This document shows positions 27,629 to 36,852 of a DNA stretch of 64,000 nucleotides, piece after piece. The notes beneath the pieces were generated by a model. It saw only the letters and a list, made by a program, of their open reading frames with translations, was not told the origin of the DNA and ran no database searches. The stretch's first letter is position 1. Each line of letters begins with the position of its first letter. Made by a program: the position numbers and the translations under genes. The DNA comes from Planctomycetota bacterium (lineage in GTDB: Bacteria > Planctomycetota > Phycisphaerae > Phycisphaerales > SM1A02), in assembly GCA_902521645.1 (NCBI GenBank), contig CABYSN010000001.1, positions 1,605-65,604 of the forward strand. Direction: 5' to 3'.

Positions 27629-29114
27629 GGAAGCCTGCCAGCGTGTTCCCGACACGACGGGCCACGCTTCGTTTCAACCACTCCGACTCCTCGATACGAT
27701 CCGAAACATCGATGTATGTCTGTTGGAGATCCCTGAGCTGCGTCGCGAAATCACTGTCGTAGACGATCCCGCCGCATTCGAAGTTCAAGTTGAAGCTTCT
27801 GCGATCCAGATTCGCACTCATCACGACGCCGATCTCGCGATCGATCGAGATGGTCTTCGCATGAAGAAGGCCCCCTGAGAATTCATGGATGTCGACGCCG
27901 GCGTTGAGAAGAGGCTCGTAGTTCGAGCGACTTGCTGCGGCGACCATCCAGGAGTCGTTTCGTGCGGGAACGACGAGGGTGGTCTGGACGCCTCTTCTCG
28001 CACTCACGCACAGATTCTTGATCGTGGTCTCATCCGGCACGAAATAGGGCGTGGTGAGCACCAGTTCATGGCTGGCCTGATGAATGCAGGCCTGGACGAT
28101 CTGCGTGGTCGCCTCGTTGTAGAAGTTCGGTCCGGTCGCGATGATCTGCACCGGAAGTCCGTCCGCGCATCTTCTGGGTTGTCTTTTCAGAGGTGTTTCC
28201 GGAAGCTTGCCCGTTTCGAAGTGCCAGTCCTCGAGAAAGAGTATCTGGAGTTCCTTGCAGGCAGGCCCGTTGATGCGCACCGAGCAGTCGACCCAGGGTG
28301 CGTAATCGGGTTTGATCGCGAAGGCGGCTTCGGCGAGGTTGTTCGAACCCGTGTAGCCGATCTGTCCGTCGATGACCGCGATCTTTCGGTGGTTTCGCAG
28401 GTCGAGTCTGGAGAAGAGCATGCGTACCGGATTGACCGGAAGCGCACCGACGACTTCGACGCCGGCGTCACGCATTCTCGCGGCGAGTGCGCTTTTCAAG
28501 AAGCTCTTGGATCCCACGGCATCCACCAGCAGGCGGCAGACGATGCCTCGCTTGCTGGCCTCGATCATGGAATCCGCCACCATCTGTCCCGCCCCATCGT
28601 CCAGATAGATGAAGAAAAGCAGGTGCACCTCTTCCTGTGCGGCATCGATGTCCGCGGACAGCTGGGTCACGAATCTCTTCGAATCACCCAGAAGCATGAC
28701 CTCGTTTCCGCTCACGGGTGCCGATCCGGAGACCTTTTCGGCGAGACTCGCGATCTGGCTCGAGACCATCGGCAGAATCACGCGGTTGTCAGGAACGGAG
28801 TTGGCGTGGACGCCCGGCATGTCGACGCGTTTCACGGCGGCCGCATGTCTCTTCTTGCGGAAATAGCCGAAACGTTCCTCGCCGAAGAGGCCGTAGAGGA
28901 CGAAGCCCAGAATCGGGAGGCCCATCAGGAGAATGACCCAGGTGAGAGCGGTCTGAGGATGCTTGCTCTTTCGAATCAGCACGAACGTGATGAGCAGGAC
29001 TCTGACTGTGAAGTCGATGAGCAGGAAATGGACGAGCGTCTCCGACAGCCATGGCGTGTCCGTGCTCGGATCCGAAATGATGCCCAGCGTGTCGATCATG
29101 GACATGCGATCCAA
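27612..29114 (-). CDS. cls: cardiolipin synthase (PLD superfamily)
   Basis: 500 aa; two N-terminal TM helices and two HKD motifs (NHRKIAVIDG, LHAKTISID). Confidence 0.9.
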   Translation of the reverse strand: MDRMSMIDTLGIISDPSTDTPWLSETLVHFLLIDFTVRVLLITFVLIRKSKHPQTALTWVILLMGLPILGFVLYGLFGEERFGYFRKKRHAAAVKRVDMPGVHANSVPDNRVILPMVSSQIASLAEKVSGSAPVSGNEVMLLGDSKRFVTQLSADIDAAQEEVHLLFFIYLDDGAGQMVADSMIEASKRGIVCRLLVDAVGSKSFLKSALAARMRDAGVEVVGALPVNPVRMLFSRLDLRNHRKIAVIDGQIGYTGSNNLAEAAFAIKPDYAPWVDCSVRINGPACKELQILFLEDWHFETGKLPETPLKRQPRRCADGLPVQIIATGPNFYNEATTQIVQACIHQASHELVLTTPYFVPDETTIKNLCVSARRGVQTTLVVPARNDSWMVAAASRSNYEPLLNAGVDIHEFSGGLLHAKTISIDREIGVVMSANLDRRSFNLNFECGGIVYDSDFATQLRDLQQTYIDVSDRIEESEWLKRSVARRVGNTLAGFLSPIL

Positions 29115-29162
29115 TGAGCATGGATGTCATCCGACGGCTTCGAGGCAGTCGAGTCGATCCGG

Positions 29163-29630
29163 TCAGTCGACAATGGAGAGAATTTCATATCGCCTCGACC
29201 CTCGCGGGAGATCGACCCTGATCGTTTCGCCCACGCGTGCCTTCATGAGCGAGACCCCCATCGGCGAAGTGGGTGTGACCTCGATGTGATCCAGGGTGAA
29301 GTCGCCCGTCGGATTGCCGACCAGACGATATTTCTCCTCTTCATCATCCTCGAGATCCTTGAGGAGGACCGTGGCTCCGAGAAAGACCATGTCTTCGGGG
29401 ACGTCCGCATCGTCAGCGACCTGGGCGTTCTGCAGACGCGACTCGAGCTCGCGGATCTTCGCTTCATTGAGTCCCTGGTCTTCACGGGCCGCATGGTATT
29501 CGGCGTTTTCCTTGAGATCCCCGAGTTCACGCGCGGTCGCGATCCTGGTCGTCAGCTCCTTCCGAGAGGCGATGTGCTCCCGAAGCTGCTTCTCGATTTC
29601 CTTTTTTTCTTCTCCGGTGATGAAGTCCAT
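29163..29630 (-). CDS. greA: transcription elongation factor GreA
   Basis: 155 aa; coiled-coil N-terminus with [18 protein letters not shown]-terminal FKBP-like [14 protein letters not shown]. Confidence 0.92.
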   Translation of the reverse strand: MDFITGEEKKEIEKQLREHIASRKELTTRIATARELGDLKENAEYHAAREDQGLNEAKIRELESRLQNAQVADDADVPEDMVFLGATVLLKDLEDDEEEKYRLVGNPTGDFTLDHIEVTPTSPMGVSLMKARVGETIRVDLPRGSRRYEILSIVD

Positions 29631-29768
29631 GTCTCGAATCCCGTCAATCGTGTCTCAATGGGGATGATTCCGCTCAAGAATCATCCCTTCGGTAGGAAAC
29701 TGTCCGTTCAAGCATGACGCCTTGCTCTTTGGAGCAAGGCGTGAGCACGGCTTTTCGTTGTGACGATC

Positions 29769-30467
29769 TTAATCATTCGGCTGTGAAATCGCCAGATCGC
29801 GTTTTCCATGTCGTGAGAGCAGCCTTGTTCCCAGAACGAAGATCCAGGCTCCGAGCGCGGCGAAGCCGACCTGGGCGACCGCGGTTCTTCCCGGCCACGG
29901 GCTCATGCCGAAGAGGTGTTCTGGATCGACCGTGGAGGCTTCGAGTGTGATGTCGATGGGGCTCCACCAGTGAAGTCCTGTCTCACGGGCCAGCAGTGGC
30001 GTGCAGAACGTCACCGAGGCAAGGCCTGCGAGGATGAGGATCCTCAGGATCGAACTCCGACTTCCCGCACCGATCGAAATGAATGCACCCACCAGCAGGA
30101 TCCAGCCCGCGAGAATGTTCGTGATGCTGAGCGTCCGGTCGACCGACCATTCACTGAGAAGTCTCAGCGGCCAGAGCGTGACTTCGACGCTGCAGATCAG
30201 GACGATGCAGTCCAGTCCCGTCTGGCGGATCGGTGCGGCGAATCTTTCGAGAAGAAGGCGTGCCATCGGCCAGGCGATCGTGATCCCGATCATGAGCGTG
30301 ACCGTGAAGAGTCTGAGTCCTTCGGCATGATCGTCTGAGATCGAATTCAACGGTCCTCTCGGTCCCATCGCCAGTATCCAGGCACCACTGATCCACAGGC
30401 AGCAGAGAATGATCAGGCCGCGTGGAAGCGGGAACGAGGTGGCTTCTGGTGCGGTTTCGTCCGGCAT
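29769..30467 (-). CDS. polytopic membrane protein, hypothetical
   Basis: About 6 predicted TM helices; start moved to the ATG at 30467, 1 nt after the upstream stop. Confidence 0.4.
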   Translation of the reverse strand: MPDETAPEATSFPLPRGLIILCCLWISGAWILAMGPRGPLNSISDDHAEGLRLFTVTLMIGITIAWPMARLLLERFAAPIRQTGLDCIVLICSVEVTLWPLRLLSEWSVDRTLSITNILAGWILLVGAFISIGAGSRSSILRILILAGLASVTFCTPLLARETGLHWWSPIDITLEASTVDPEHLFGMSPWPGRTAVAQVGFAALGAWIFVLGTRLLSRHGKRDLAISQPND

Positions 30468-30468
30468 G

Positions 30469-31392
30469 TCAGTCGGCGATCGGCTCTTCGCCGATGGCGA
30501 CGCGTCGGGCGGTGGCAAGGTCGTGGCGGACATCGATCTCGATCGAATCCAGCTGTTTGAACGGACCGTAGGTGGCGTGCACCGAATCGATCATCCGGAG
30601 TTTCTCCTCGGAGGTGATTTCAGTCGCTCCTCGCGTTCCCGGGGCATGGCCCCAGAGGATTCTGGGTCCGGAGTGACATTCGAGCCACAAGTTTCGATCG
30701 GATGGATAGTCACTCACATCGATGTTGCGGATCTCGTTTCCCCACGGTCGTGTCTTGATCAGTTGGGCAAGCCGGAGACCGGCGTCCAGATCCTCCGAGT
30801 TGGCCCAGAGGGCGCCGTGGTCCGGTCTGCCGTCGGCAAGTCGGGGTGGTGCGGTCGAAGTCCCCGTGATCAGGGGGAGTGAGGGGCTTGCGGTTCCCAT
30901 TTCGAATTTCCAGTCCAGAAGTCTTCCCTTGTCGTCGACGAGGTGGTCCATCTCCCTCCACCTGATGACGGCCGATGGTGTGGCCAGGGTTCCATGCACC
31001 ATGAGCGTGCCGTCAGCGTGTCTGTCGATTCTTTCCAAGGTGTCGAACCAGCCACCTTCGAGCAGCGTCCGATGCGCTTTTCTCAAGCTCTCCCGGTCGA
31101 ACGGATCGACTCCGGCGTCCTGCGTGAGACGTGCCTCCATGTCATCGATCAGTTCGGGTGCCGCGGTGAACCATTCAGGAGCATCGATCAGGGTCATGCG
31201 CACCTCGCGGTCCGCCATGTGAAGGCTGCGTCTGGATTCGAGCTCGGGGATGCCGATGAAGACGATTGCGAGCAGGGCGAGCCCGAGAACGCACCAGGCA
31301 CCGATGCCCGCAACCGTGCGCGTGGTTCCTTCGCCGAGCACTCTGTTCAGGACCCTGTCGATGAGGTCTTCCTGTCGTTGCTTCTTGGGCAT
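30469..31392 (-). CDS. ftsQ: FtsQ/DivIB-like cell-division protein (start uncertain)
   Basis: Located directly after ddl; basic N-terminus, single TM, POTRA-like segment WFDTLERIDRHADGTLMVHGTLATPSAVIRW...HLVDDKGRLL. Confidence 0.5.
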   Translation of the reverse strand: MPKKQRQEDLIDRVLNRVLGEGTTRTVAGIGAWCVLGLALLAIVFIGIPELESRRSLHMADREVRMTLIDAPEWFTAAPELIDDMEARLTQDAGVDPFDRESLRKAHRTLLEGGWFDTLERIDRHADGTLMVHGTLATPSAVIRWREMDHLVDDKGRLLDWKFEMGTASPSLPLITGTSTAPPRLADGRPDHGALWANSEDLDAGLRLAQLIKTRPWGNEIRNIDVSDYPSDRNLWLECHSGPRILWGHAPGTRGATEITSEEKLRMIDSVHATYGPFKQLDSIEIDVRHDLATARRVAIGEEPIAD

Positions 31393-31420
31393 CGTGACGC
31401 GATCTCCGATTCGTGTCGGC

Positions 31421-32365
31421 TCAGGAGTGAGCGGACGTGTTTCTTTCACTGCGGCCATGCCTCTGCAGAGCCGCTCTGACCAACGAACCACACAGTGCGG
31501 TCATGTCCATTCCATCGTACTTCGCCGCCATGGGCACCAGTGAATGTTCGGTGAAACCGGGCATCGTGTTGATCTCCAGCACCCAGCATTCCTCTCCGTC
31601 GAAGATGAAGTCGACTCTCGCCACGTCCCTCGCGCCGATCGCACGCCAGAGTGTGAGCGCATGTCGGTTGCATCTCTCCTGCAGGCCGGCGGGGAGCTCC
31701 GGTTCCAGCACGTAGTCGGTGTCGTCACGTTCGTACTTCGCCTCGTAATCGTAGCTTCCCGTCTTCGGGACGATCTCGATGAGAGGCAGCGTCTTTTCGG
31801 AGACGATGCCCACGGTCAGCTCCCTTCCTGCCGCGAAGCGTTCCACCATCAGTCTCTCATGGGAGCTGTGAAGCGTCCGGCGCGCCTCTTTCAGCTCGGA
31901 GTCGTCGCGACAGATTCGGACACCGATGCTGGAACCCTCGTCGACTGGTTTCACGACCAGCGGAAATGGAATCGTGCAGGGGGTCGACTCCTGCAGTTCC
32001 GCCCAGTCGAGGGTGGGAATCTCCGACTCGAGGCAGCATCGCTTGGTCTCGCATTTGTCCATGCCCAGAGAGGATGCTCTGGAGTCCGATCCGACGAAGG
32101 GAAGTCCTGTGGCTTCGAGTCTCTTCTGCAGCGGGCCGCCTTCTCCGAACGGACCGTGAAGGACCGGAAAGATCACGTCGGCCTCCATCGTGAGAAGATC
32201 CGCCGGCTCGGGACGATCGATCTTGTGCTCGGAAACCACGAAATCGGGATCTTCTCGAAGCGCTCCTGCCACCCGGCCACCGGATGCCATGCTGACCTCC
32301 CATTCCGGGTCCGGGCCTCCCATCAGGACGGCGACTTGAATGGGGGTCTTTGGGCGGTGCATCAT
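31421..32365 (-). CDS. ddl: D-alanine--D-alanine ligase
   Basis: 314 aa; ATP-grasp motifs HGPFGEGG, PLVVKPVDEGSSIGV, VLEINTMPGFTEHS. Confidence 0.9.
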   Translation of the reverse strand: MMHRPKTPIQVAVLMGGPDPEWEVSMASGGRVAGALREDPDFVVSEHKIDRPEPADLLTMEADVIFPVLHGPFGEGGPLQKRLEATGLPFVGSDSRASSLGMDKCETKRCCLESEIPTLDWAELQESTPCTIPFPLVVKPVDEGSSIGVRICRDDSELKEARRTLHSSHERLMVERFAAGRELTVGIVSEKTLPLIEIVPKTGSYDYEAKYERDDTDYVLEPELPAGLQERCNRHALTLWRAIGARDVARVDFIFDGEECWVLEINTMPGFTEHSLVPMAAKYDGMDMTALCGSLVRAALQRHGRSERNTSAHS

Positions 32366-32482
32366 CGTCTTCCAGAATTCTCGCGGAGACTCACACGAGA
32401 GTCCCCTACAACATCGGCTCAGATCCCCGAGAACGTCCAGAGAAGAGCGGCTCGGGGGCCTCTGCAGCGACTTGATCGGGTT

Positions 32483-33424
32483 TCAGCCGCGATCCCAGAT
32501 CACGACCTCGGTCTGAAGTTCGATTCCACTGTCCGCGCTGACCTCCTCCTTGATCACGTCGATCAGGCGTATCAGATCAGTGGCCTTTCCAGCGCCGGTT
32601 CTCATCACCAGGAAATTGCCGTGTCGTTCACTGACCTCGGCCTCTCCGATCGAGCGTCCCTTGAGATTGGCGCGATCGATCAGCATGCCGGCACTGACAC
32701 GTTCTCCGGTCGCGGGATCGGTGGGATTGCGAAAGGCGCAGCCTGCGCTCTTGTCGGCCATGGGTTGTGATTTCCGCTTGTAGAGAAAGATCTCCCGCAT
32801 GCGTTCTCGAAGATTCAGCGGATCTCTGTCCTTCAGTTCGAAGGTGGCCCACAGGATCGGAGCGTCCGGCAGATTCGTGGTGCGATAGTCCATCTTCAAC
32901 GCCTCCCTCGGGTAGACGACGGTCTCCCCTCGGCGATCGAGGCATGCCACGGCATGGACGGAATCCGCGATCTCTCCGAAGGCTCCACCGGCATTCATTC
33001 GAATGGCGCCTCCCACGGACGCGGGAATTCCCGCCATCTGCTCCAGTCCCCCGAGGCCGCGCTTGACCGTTTCGTGCATGGTCTTCTGCATGTCCGCGCC
33101 GGCCATGGCTCGAATGAGTTCGGGAGCGCCTTCGAGGTTGTAGCTGACCTCCCTGAAGTGGGGATGGTCGAGCTTGAGCACGATCCCCCCGACTCCTTCG
33201 TCCGCGACCAGGAGGTTCGCTCCCGAGCCGAGGATCCGAAGAGGGACCTCGCTCTCATTGCATCGGCGAACGATCTTGGAGAGTGCCTCGGTGGTTCGAG
33301 GTCTGAGCATCATGTCCGCATGACCTCCGACGGCGTACCAGGTCTCCTGGCCGATCGGGTGGTCAGGGAAGATTTCGACGTCGAGGTCGGCGAACAGGGG
33401 GTTGTTCGCGGAAGGGGTGCTCAT
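32483..33424 (-). CDS. murB: UDP-N-acetylenolpyruvoylglucosamine reductase
   Basis: 313 aa; FAD-binding GSGANLLV, GIPASVGGAIRMNAG, C-terminal SAG..FRNP motif. Confidence 0.9.
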   Translation of the reverse strand: MSTPSANNPLFADLDVEIFPDHPIGQETWYAVGGHADMMLRPRTTEALSKIVRRCNESEVPLRILGSGANLLVADEGVGGIVLKLDHPHFREVSYNLEGAPELIRAMAGADMQKTMHETVKRGLGGLEQMAGIPASVGGAIRMNAGGAFGEIADSVHAVACLDRRGETVVYPREALKMDYRTTNLPDAPILWATFELKDRDPLNLRERMREIFLYKRKSQPMADKSAGCAFRNPTDPATGERVSAGMLIDRANLKGRSIGEAEVSERHGNFLVMRTGAGKATDLIRLIDVIKEEVSADSGIELQTEVVIWDRG

Positions 33425-34896
33425 GCCTGCTCGCGCCCCAGCAGCTGATGTCCGATCTGCCAGACGGGACCGGCCCCCATGACCACGACGAGATCGCCGT
33501 CTCTTCCGATGACCTCGAGTTGTTCGACGATCGCCTCGAACGGATGGACATGCATCGCTCTCGTCCCCCGGTGGCGCAACCTCTCGACCAGATCACCTGC
33601 GCTCACTCGCTGTCTTTCAGCCTCGCTGTCCCGGACGAAGTAGATCTGCGGAACGATCACGATGTCCGCATGATCGAAACTCGTCGCGAAGTGATCGAGG
33701 AGAAATCTGGTTCTGCTGTGCTGGTGTGGTTGGAAGACGCAGATCAGCCGCTGCGGATCATGGTTCGTTCTCAATGCTCGCAGGGTCGCCTCGACCTCGG
33801 TCGGATGATGCCCGTAGTCATCGATCACCACCATGTGCCCGCCATCGGGAAGGGGTCGTCGTCCAAGCAGTTGCATGCGTCGGTCAAGACCCGAGAAGGA
33901 GGCGATGGCCTTCGAGATGACGGCCCAGTCCGCGCCGGCTCGATGGGCCAGGATCGCCGCGGCCGCGGCGTTCATGGCATTGTGGGTTCCGATCATCGGT
34001 GAAGCCCATTCAGCCACCATCATGCCGCTCCGGTCATGAATCGTGACCCGGCCGTCTTCGAGCGTGACACGCCAGTCCGATTCCGGTGTGAACCCGAAGG
34101 TCTCGACACGACAGGTGAGACCTGCGGTGACATCCCGGCGATGCGCGCCTTCGTGTGCGATCAGGAGATAGCCTCCCTGATCCGCATCCGGAATCAGCTG
34201 TGCGAAGGCATGGAATGCCTCGACGATCTCCTCGAGTCCTCCGTAGACGTCCAGATGGTCTTCTTCGATGTTGTTGATCAGTGCCAGGACCGGACGGTGG
34301 TGATGGAAGGAGCGGTTGAATTCGCACGCTTCACAGATCATCAATCCATCGCGTCCTGCAAGGGGGCCGTCGCCCGGAATCGTGTGTTCACCAACTCGCC
34401 AGCCACCACCGATCTGAGGGCATTGGGCACCGACGATCACGTTCGGTTCGAGGCCGGCCTGGATGAGCGTGTGCGCGAGCAGTGCGCTGGTCGTGCTTTT
34501 TCCATGGGTCCCCGCGATCGAGATTCCAGTCCGTTCCGACTGGAGACGCCCCAGAGCTTCGGCATAGCTCAGGACTTCGATGCCACGTCGCTGGGCTTCC
34601 AGCAATTCCGGGTGATCGGGAGGCACGGCCGCGGAATGAATCGTCAGATCGCAGTCCTCCGGAAGAAGCCCGGTTGATTCGCCCGTCGTCACCGTGAGGT
34701 TCGCCTCGAGGAGGGCTTCGATTTCCGGGCCTTTCTGAGCATCGGAACCGCTCACCCTGGCTCCGAGGCCATGCATCATCATCGCCAGGCCGCTCATCCC
34801 GGAGCCTCCGGCTCCGACGAGATGGATCACCCGGGTGGCGAGCGAGCCATCCTTCCCTCGAGAGGGTCTTTGGGATTTGGTCTGGTGGGACTGCAT
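33421..34896 (-). CDS. murC: UDP-N-acetylmuramate--L-alanine ligase
   Basis: Start moved to the ATG at 34896 (MQSHQ...RVIHLVGAGGSGMSGLA aligns with the MurC N-terminus); GTHGKSTT P-loop; ATGA overlap with murB. Confidence 0.9.
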   Translation of the reverse strand: MQSHQTKSQRPSRGKDGSLATRVIHLVGAGGSGMSGLAMMMHGLGARVSGSDAQKGPEIEALLEANLTVTTGESTGLLPEDCDLTIHSAAVPPDHPELLEAQRRGIEVLSYAEALGRLQSERTGISIAGTHGKSTTSALLAHTLIQAGLEPNVIVGAQCPQIGGGWRVGEHTIPGDGPLAGRDGLMICEACEFNRSFHHHRPVLALINNIEEDHLDVYGGLEEIVEAFHAFAQLIPDADQGGYLLIAHEGAHRRDVTAGLTCRVETFGFTPESDWRVTLEDGRVTIHDRSGMMVAEWASPMIGTHNAMNAAAAAILAHRAGADWAVISKAIASFSGLDRRMQLLGRRPLPDGGHMVVIDDYGHHPTEVEATLRALRTNHDPQRLICVFQPHQHSRTRFLLDHFATSFDHADIVIVPQIYFVRDSEAERQRVSAGDLVERLRHRGTRAMHVHPFEAIVEQLEVIGRDGDLVVVMGAGPVWQIGHQLLGREQA

Positions 34897-34925
34897 GGGC
34901 ACCCATTCTATCGGTCCATGGCCCG

Positions 34926-36386
34926 ATGTCAGGGCAAGATTCCCCACTCGCGTACAATGGTTTTCATCATCACCATCCGGAGACGTCCCTCGTGGGAACC
35001 CCATCACAACCATCTTCAGATCGAACCGCTCCCAGCGCCCAGGTTCTGATCGTCGAAGACGAGCATGATCATGCCGAAGTCATGGCCGACGCCCTTCGAA
35101 AGCCCGGTCATGTCTGCACCATCGTCCATGGGCTCGAGGAGGCGACCGATGAGCTGCTTCACGGCAGCTTCGACGTGATCGTCACCGACCTGGTGATGGA
35201 AAGCGCCACCGCCGGTCTCGACGTCCTCAAGCTGGCAGGGGAGCATCAGCCCGGAGCCGAGACGATCATGGTCACCGCGCACGGCGATGTTCCGACCGCT
35301 AAGGCGGCTCTCCAGGGTGGGGCCTACGACTTCATCGAAAAACCGCTCGATCTCCCCGTCTTCAGGAATCTGGTGGGCCGAGCCGCCGAAACCGTTCTGC
35401 TTCGCAATCAGAACGAACAGCTTCGTGGTGAGGTCGATGCCGCATATGGATTCGAGGGAATCATCGGCGAGAGCGCGGCGATTCGAAAAGTGATCGAACA
35501 GATCCGCAAGGTCGCTCCCAGCACCATCCCCGTCCTGGTCAGCGGCGAATCGGGCACCGGAAAGGAACTGGTGGCCGCGGCGGTGCACAACATTTCCAAG
35601 CGTGCCGCGAAGAAGTACGTCACCTTCAACGCCGCCGGGCAGAGTGAAAGCCTTCTCGAGGATCAGCTCTTCGGTCATGTCCGAGGTGCCTTCACCGGTG
35701 CCGACAAGGATCGTCAGGGCGTGTTCGAATATGCCGATGGTGGGACGGTGTTCCTCGATGAGATCGGTGACATGCCCCTGGGCATGCAGCCCAAGCTGCT
35801 CCGAGTTCTGGAGAACGGCGATGTGGTCCGGCTCGGCAGCAACGACTCCCGAAGGACCGATGTGCGATTCGTCAGCGCCACCAATCGAGATCTCAAGGCG
35901 ATGGTGGAGGCAGGGGAGTTCCGCGACGATCTCTTCTTCAGGGTTCGAGGCGCGGAGATTCACGTCCCCGCACTGCGCGAACGCCGTGAGGACATCCCCC
36001 TTCTGGTCAATCATGCGATCGGTCGTTACGCGGCGGACATGGACATCGATCGTCCCGGCATCACGCAGCCAGCGATGATGCGTCTGGTCTCCTATGCATG
36101 GCCCGGAAACGTGCGTGAACTCTTCAACGTCGTCCACGGAATGGTCGTGGCTTCGGATGAGGAGATCACCGTTCGAGACGTGCCCGAGGAGATCCGTGAA
36201 TCGGAGCAGGATGAGGAACACGCCTCGATGCGAGGTCTCGCGGGTGTCGGTCTCGATCGCCTCGAGAAGGAAGCCATCAGGCAGACCCTTGCGATGACCA
36301 ACGGCAATCGTGAACAGACCGCGAAGCTGCTTGGAATCGGCGAGCGTACTCTCTACCGCAAGCTCAAGGAATACGGGCTCAGGTAG
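34926..36386 (+). CDS. sigma-54-dependent response regulator (NtrC family: receiver + AAA+ + Fis-type HTH)
   Basis: 486 aa; receiver VLIVEDE...DVIVTDLVM, Walker A GESGTGKE, GAFTGA loop, C-terminal HTH NREQTAKLLGIGERTLYRKLKEYGL; GTG at 34992 is an alternative start. Confidence 0.85.
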   Translation: MSGQDSPLAYNGFHHHHPETSLVGTPSQPSSDRTAPSAQVLIVEDEHDHAEVMADALRKPGHVCTIVHGLEEATDELLHGSFDVIVTDLVMESATAGLDVLKLAGEHQPGAETIMVTAHGDVPTAKAALQGGAYDFIEKPLDLPVFRNLVGRAAETVLLRNQNEQLRGEVDAAYGFEGIIGESAAIRKVIEQIRKVAPSTIPVLVSGESGTGKELVAAAVHNISKRAAKKYVTFNAAGQSESLLEDQLFGHVRGAFTGADKDRQGVFEYADGGTVFLDEIGDMPLGMQPKLLRVLENGDVVRLGSNDSRRTDVRFVSATNRDLKAMVEAGEFRDDLFFRVRGAEIHVPALRERREDIPLLVNHAIGRYAADMDIDRPGITQPAMMRLVSYAWPGNVRELFNVVHGMVVASDEEITVRDVPEEIRESEQDEEHASMRGLAGVGLDRLEKEAIRQTLAMTNGNREQTAKLLGIGERTLYRKLKEYGLR

Positions 36387-36392
36387 CGTCGG

Positions 36393-36590
36393 TCAGGCTG
36401 CGGGGCAGTATGAATCGCACTGACTGATGGCGGAGACCTTGAGATGTCTCGAGGCGTTGTCAGGAAGGTCGCAGCTTGCAATCTGAAGACTGTCACCGTG
36501 GGGATTGATTCTGATCTGAACCAGCAGATCGGAGCCGAGATCCTTGCCGAAGTGCGAACAGGTGCCGCAGAGTTCTTCTGAGTTGGTCAT
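36393..36590 (-). CDS. small cysteine-containing hypothetical protein
   Basis: 65 aa from the ATG at 36590, preceded by AAAGGA; CGTC...C...CDSYC cysteines; no family recognised. Confidence 0.3.
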   Translation of the reverse strand: MTNSEELCGTCSHFGKDLGSDLLVQIRINPHGDSLQIASCDLPDNASRHLKVSAISQCDSYCPAA

Positions 36591-36783
36591 GTGATGTCCT
36601 TTCATCTGAAGCCGCCGGAGGGCCCGGCCTTTTTGAATGATGACATGTACTTCGTCTTTCGCCACGTACCGGGTCACTGCTTCCGTGAAAAAAGTCCAAG
36701 TGCTATTGAGACTCGAAATCAAGTACTTTGAGAACCCCTTCGAGGCAGTCCTCGATGCGCTTTTTGTTTTCGAACAGCTGTTC

Positions 36784-36826
36784 AAAAATCCCGAACGGCC
36801 CACCCCTCGGAATTGGTGGGCCGTTC
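36784..36826 (-). terminator. rho-independent terminator of the LPMO gene
   Basis: Perfect 12-bp stem GAACGGCCCACC / GGTGGGCCGTTC (36793-36804, 36815-36826), followed on the minus strand by GGGATTTTTG. Confidence 0.75.
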
Positions 36827-36852
36827 ATCTGGGACTTGCTGTCCATTTCAGA

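Noticed and set aside
36612-36632. GCCGG-agggc-CCGGC hairpin followed by TTTTT on the plus strand
   Set aside because: The stem is only 5 bp. It lies 225 nt after the nearest plus-strand gene and overlaps the start region of the small minus-strand ORF, so it is unlikely to be a functional terminator.
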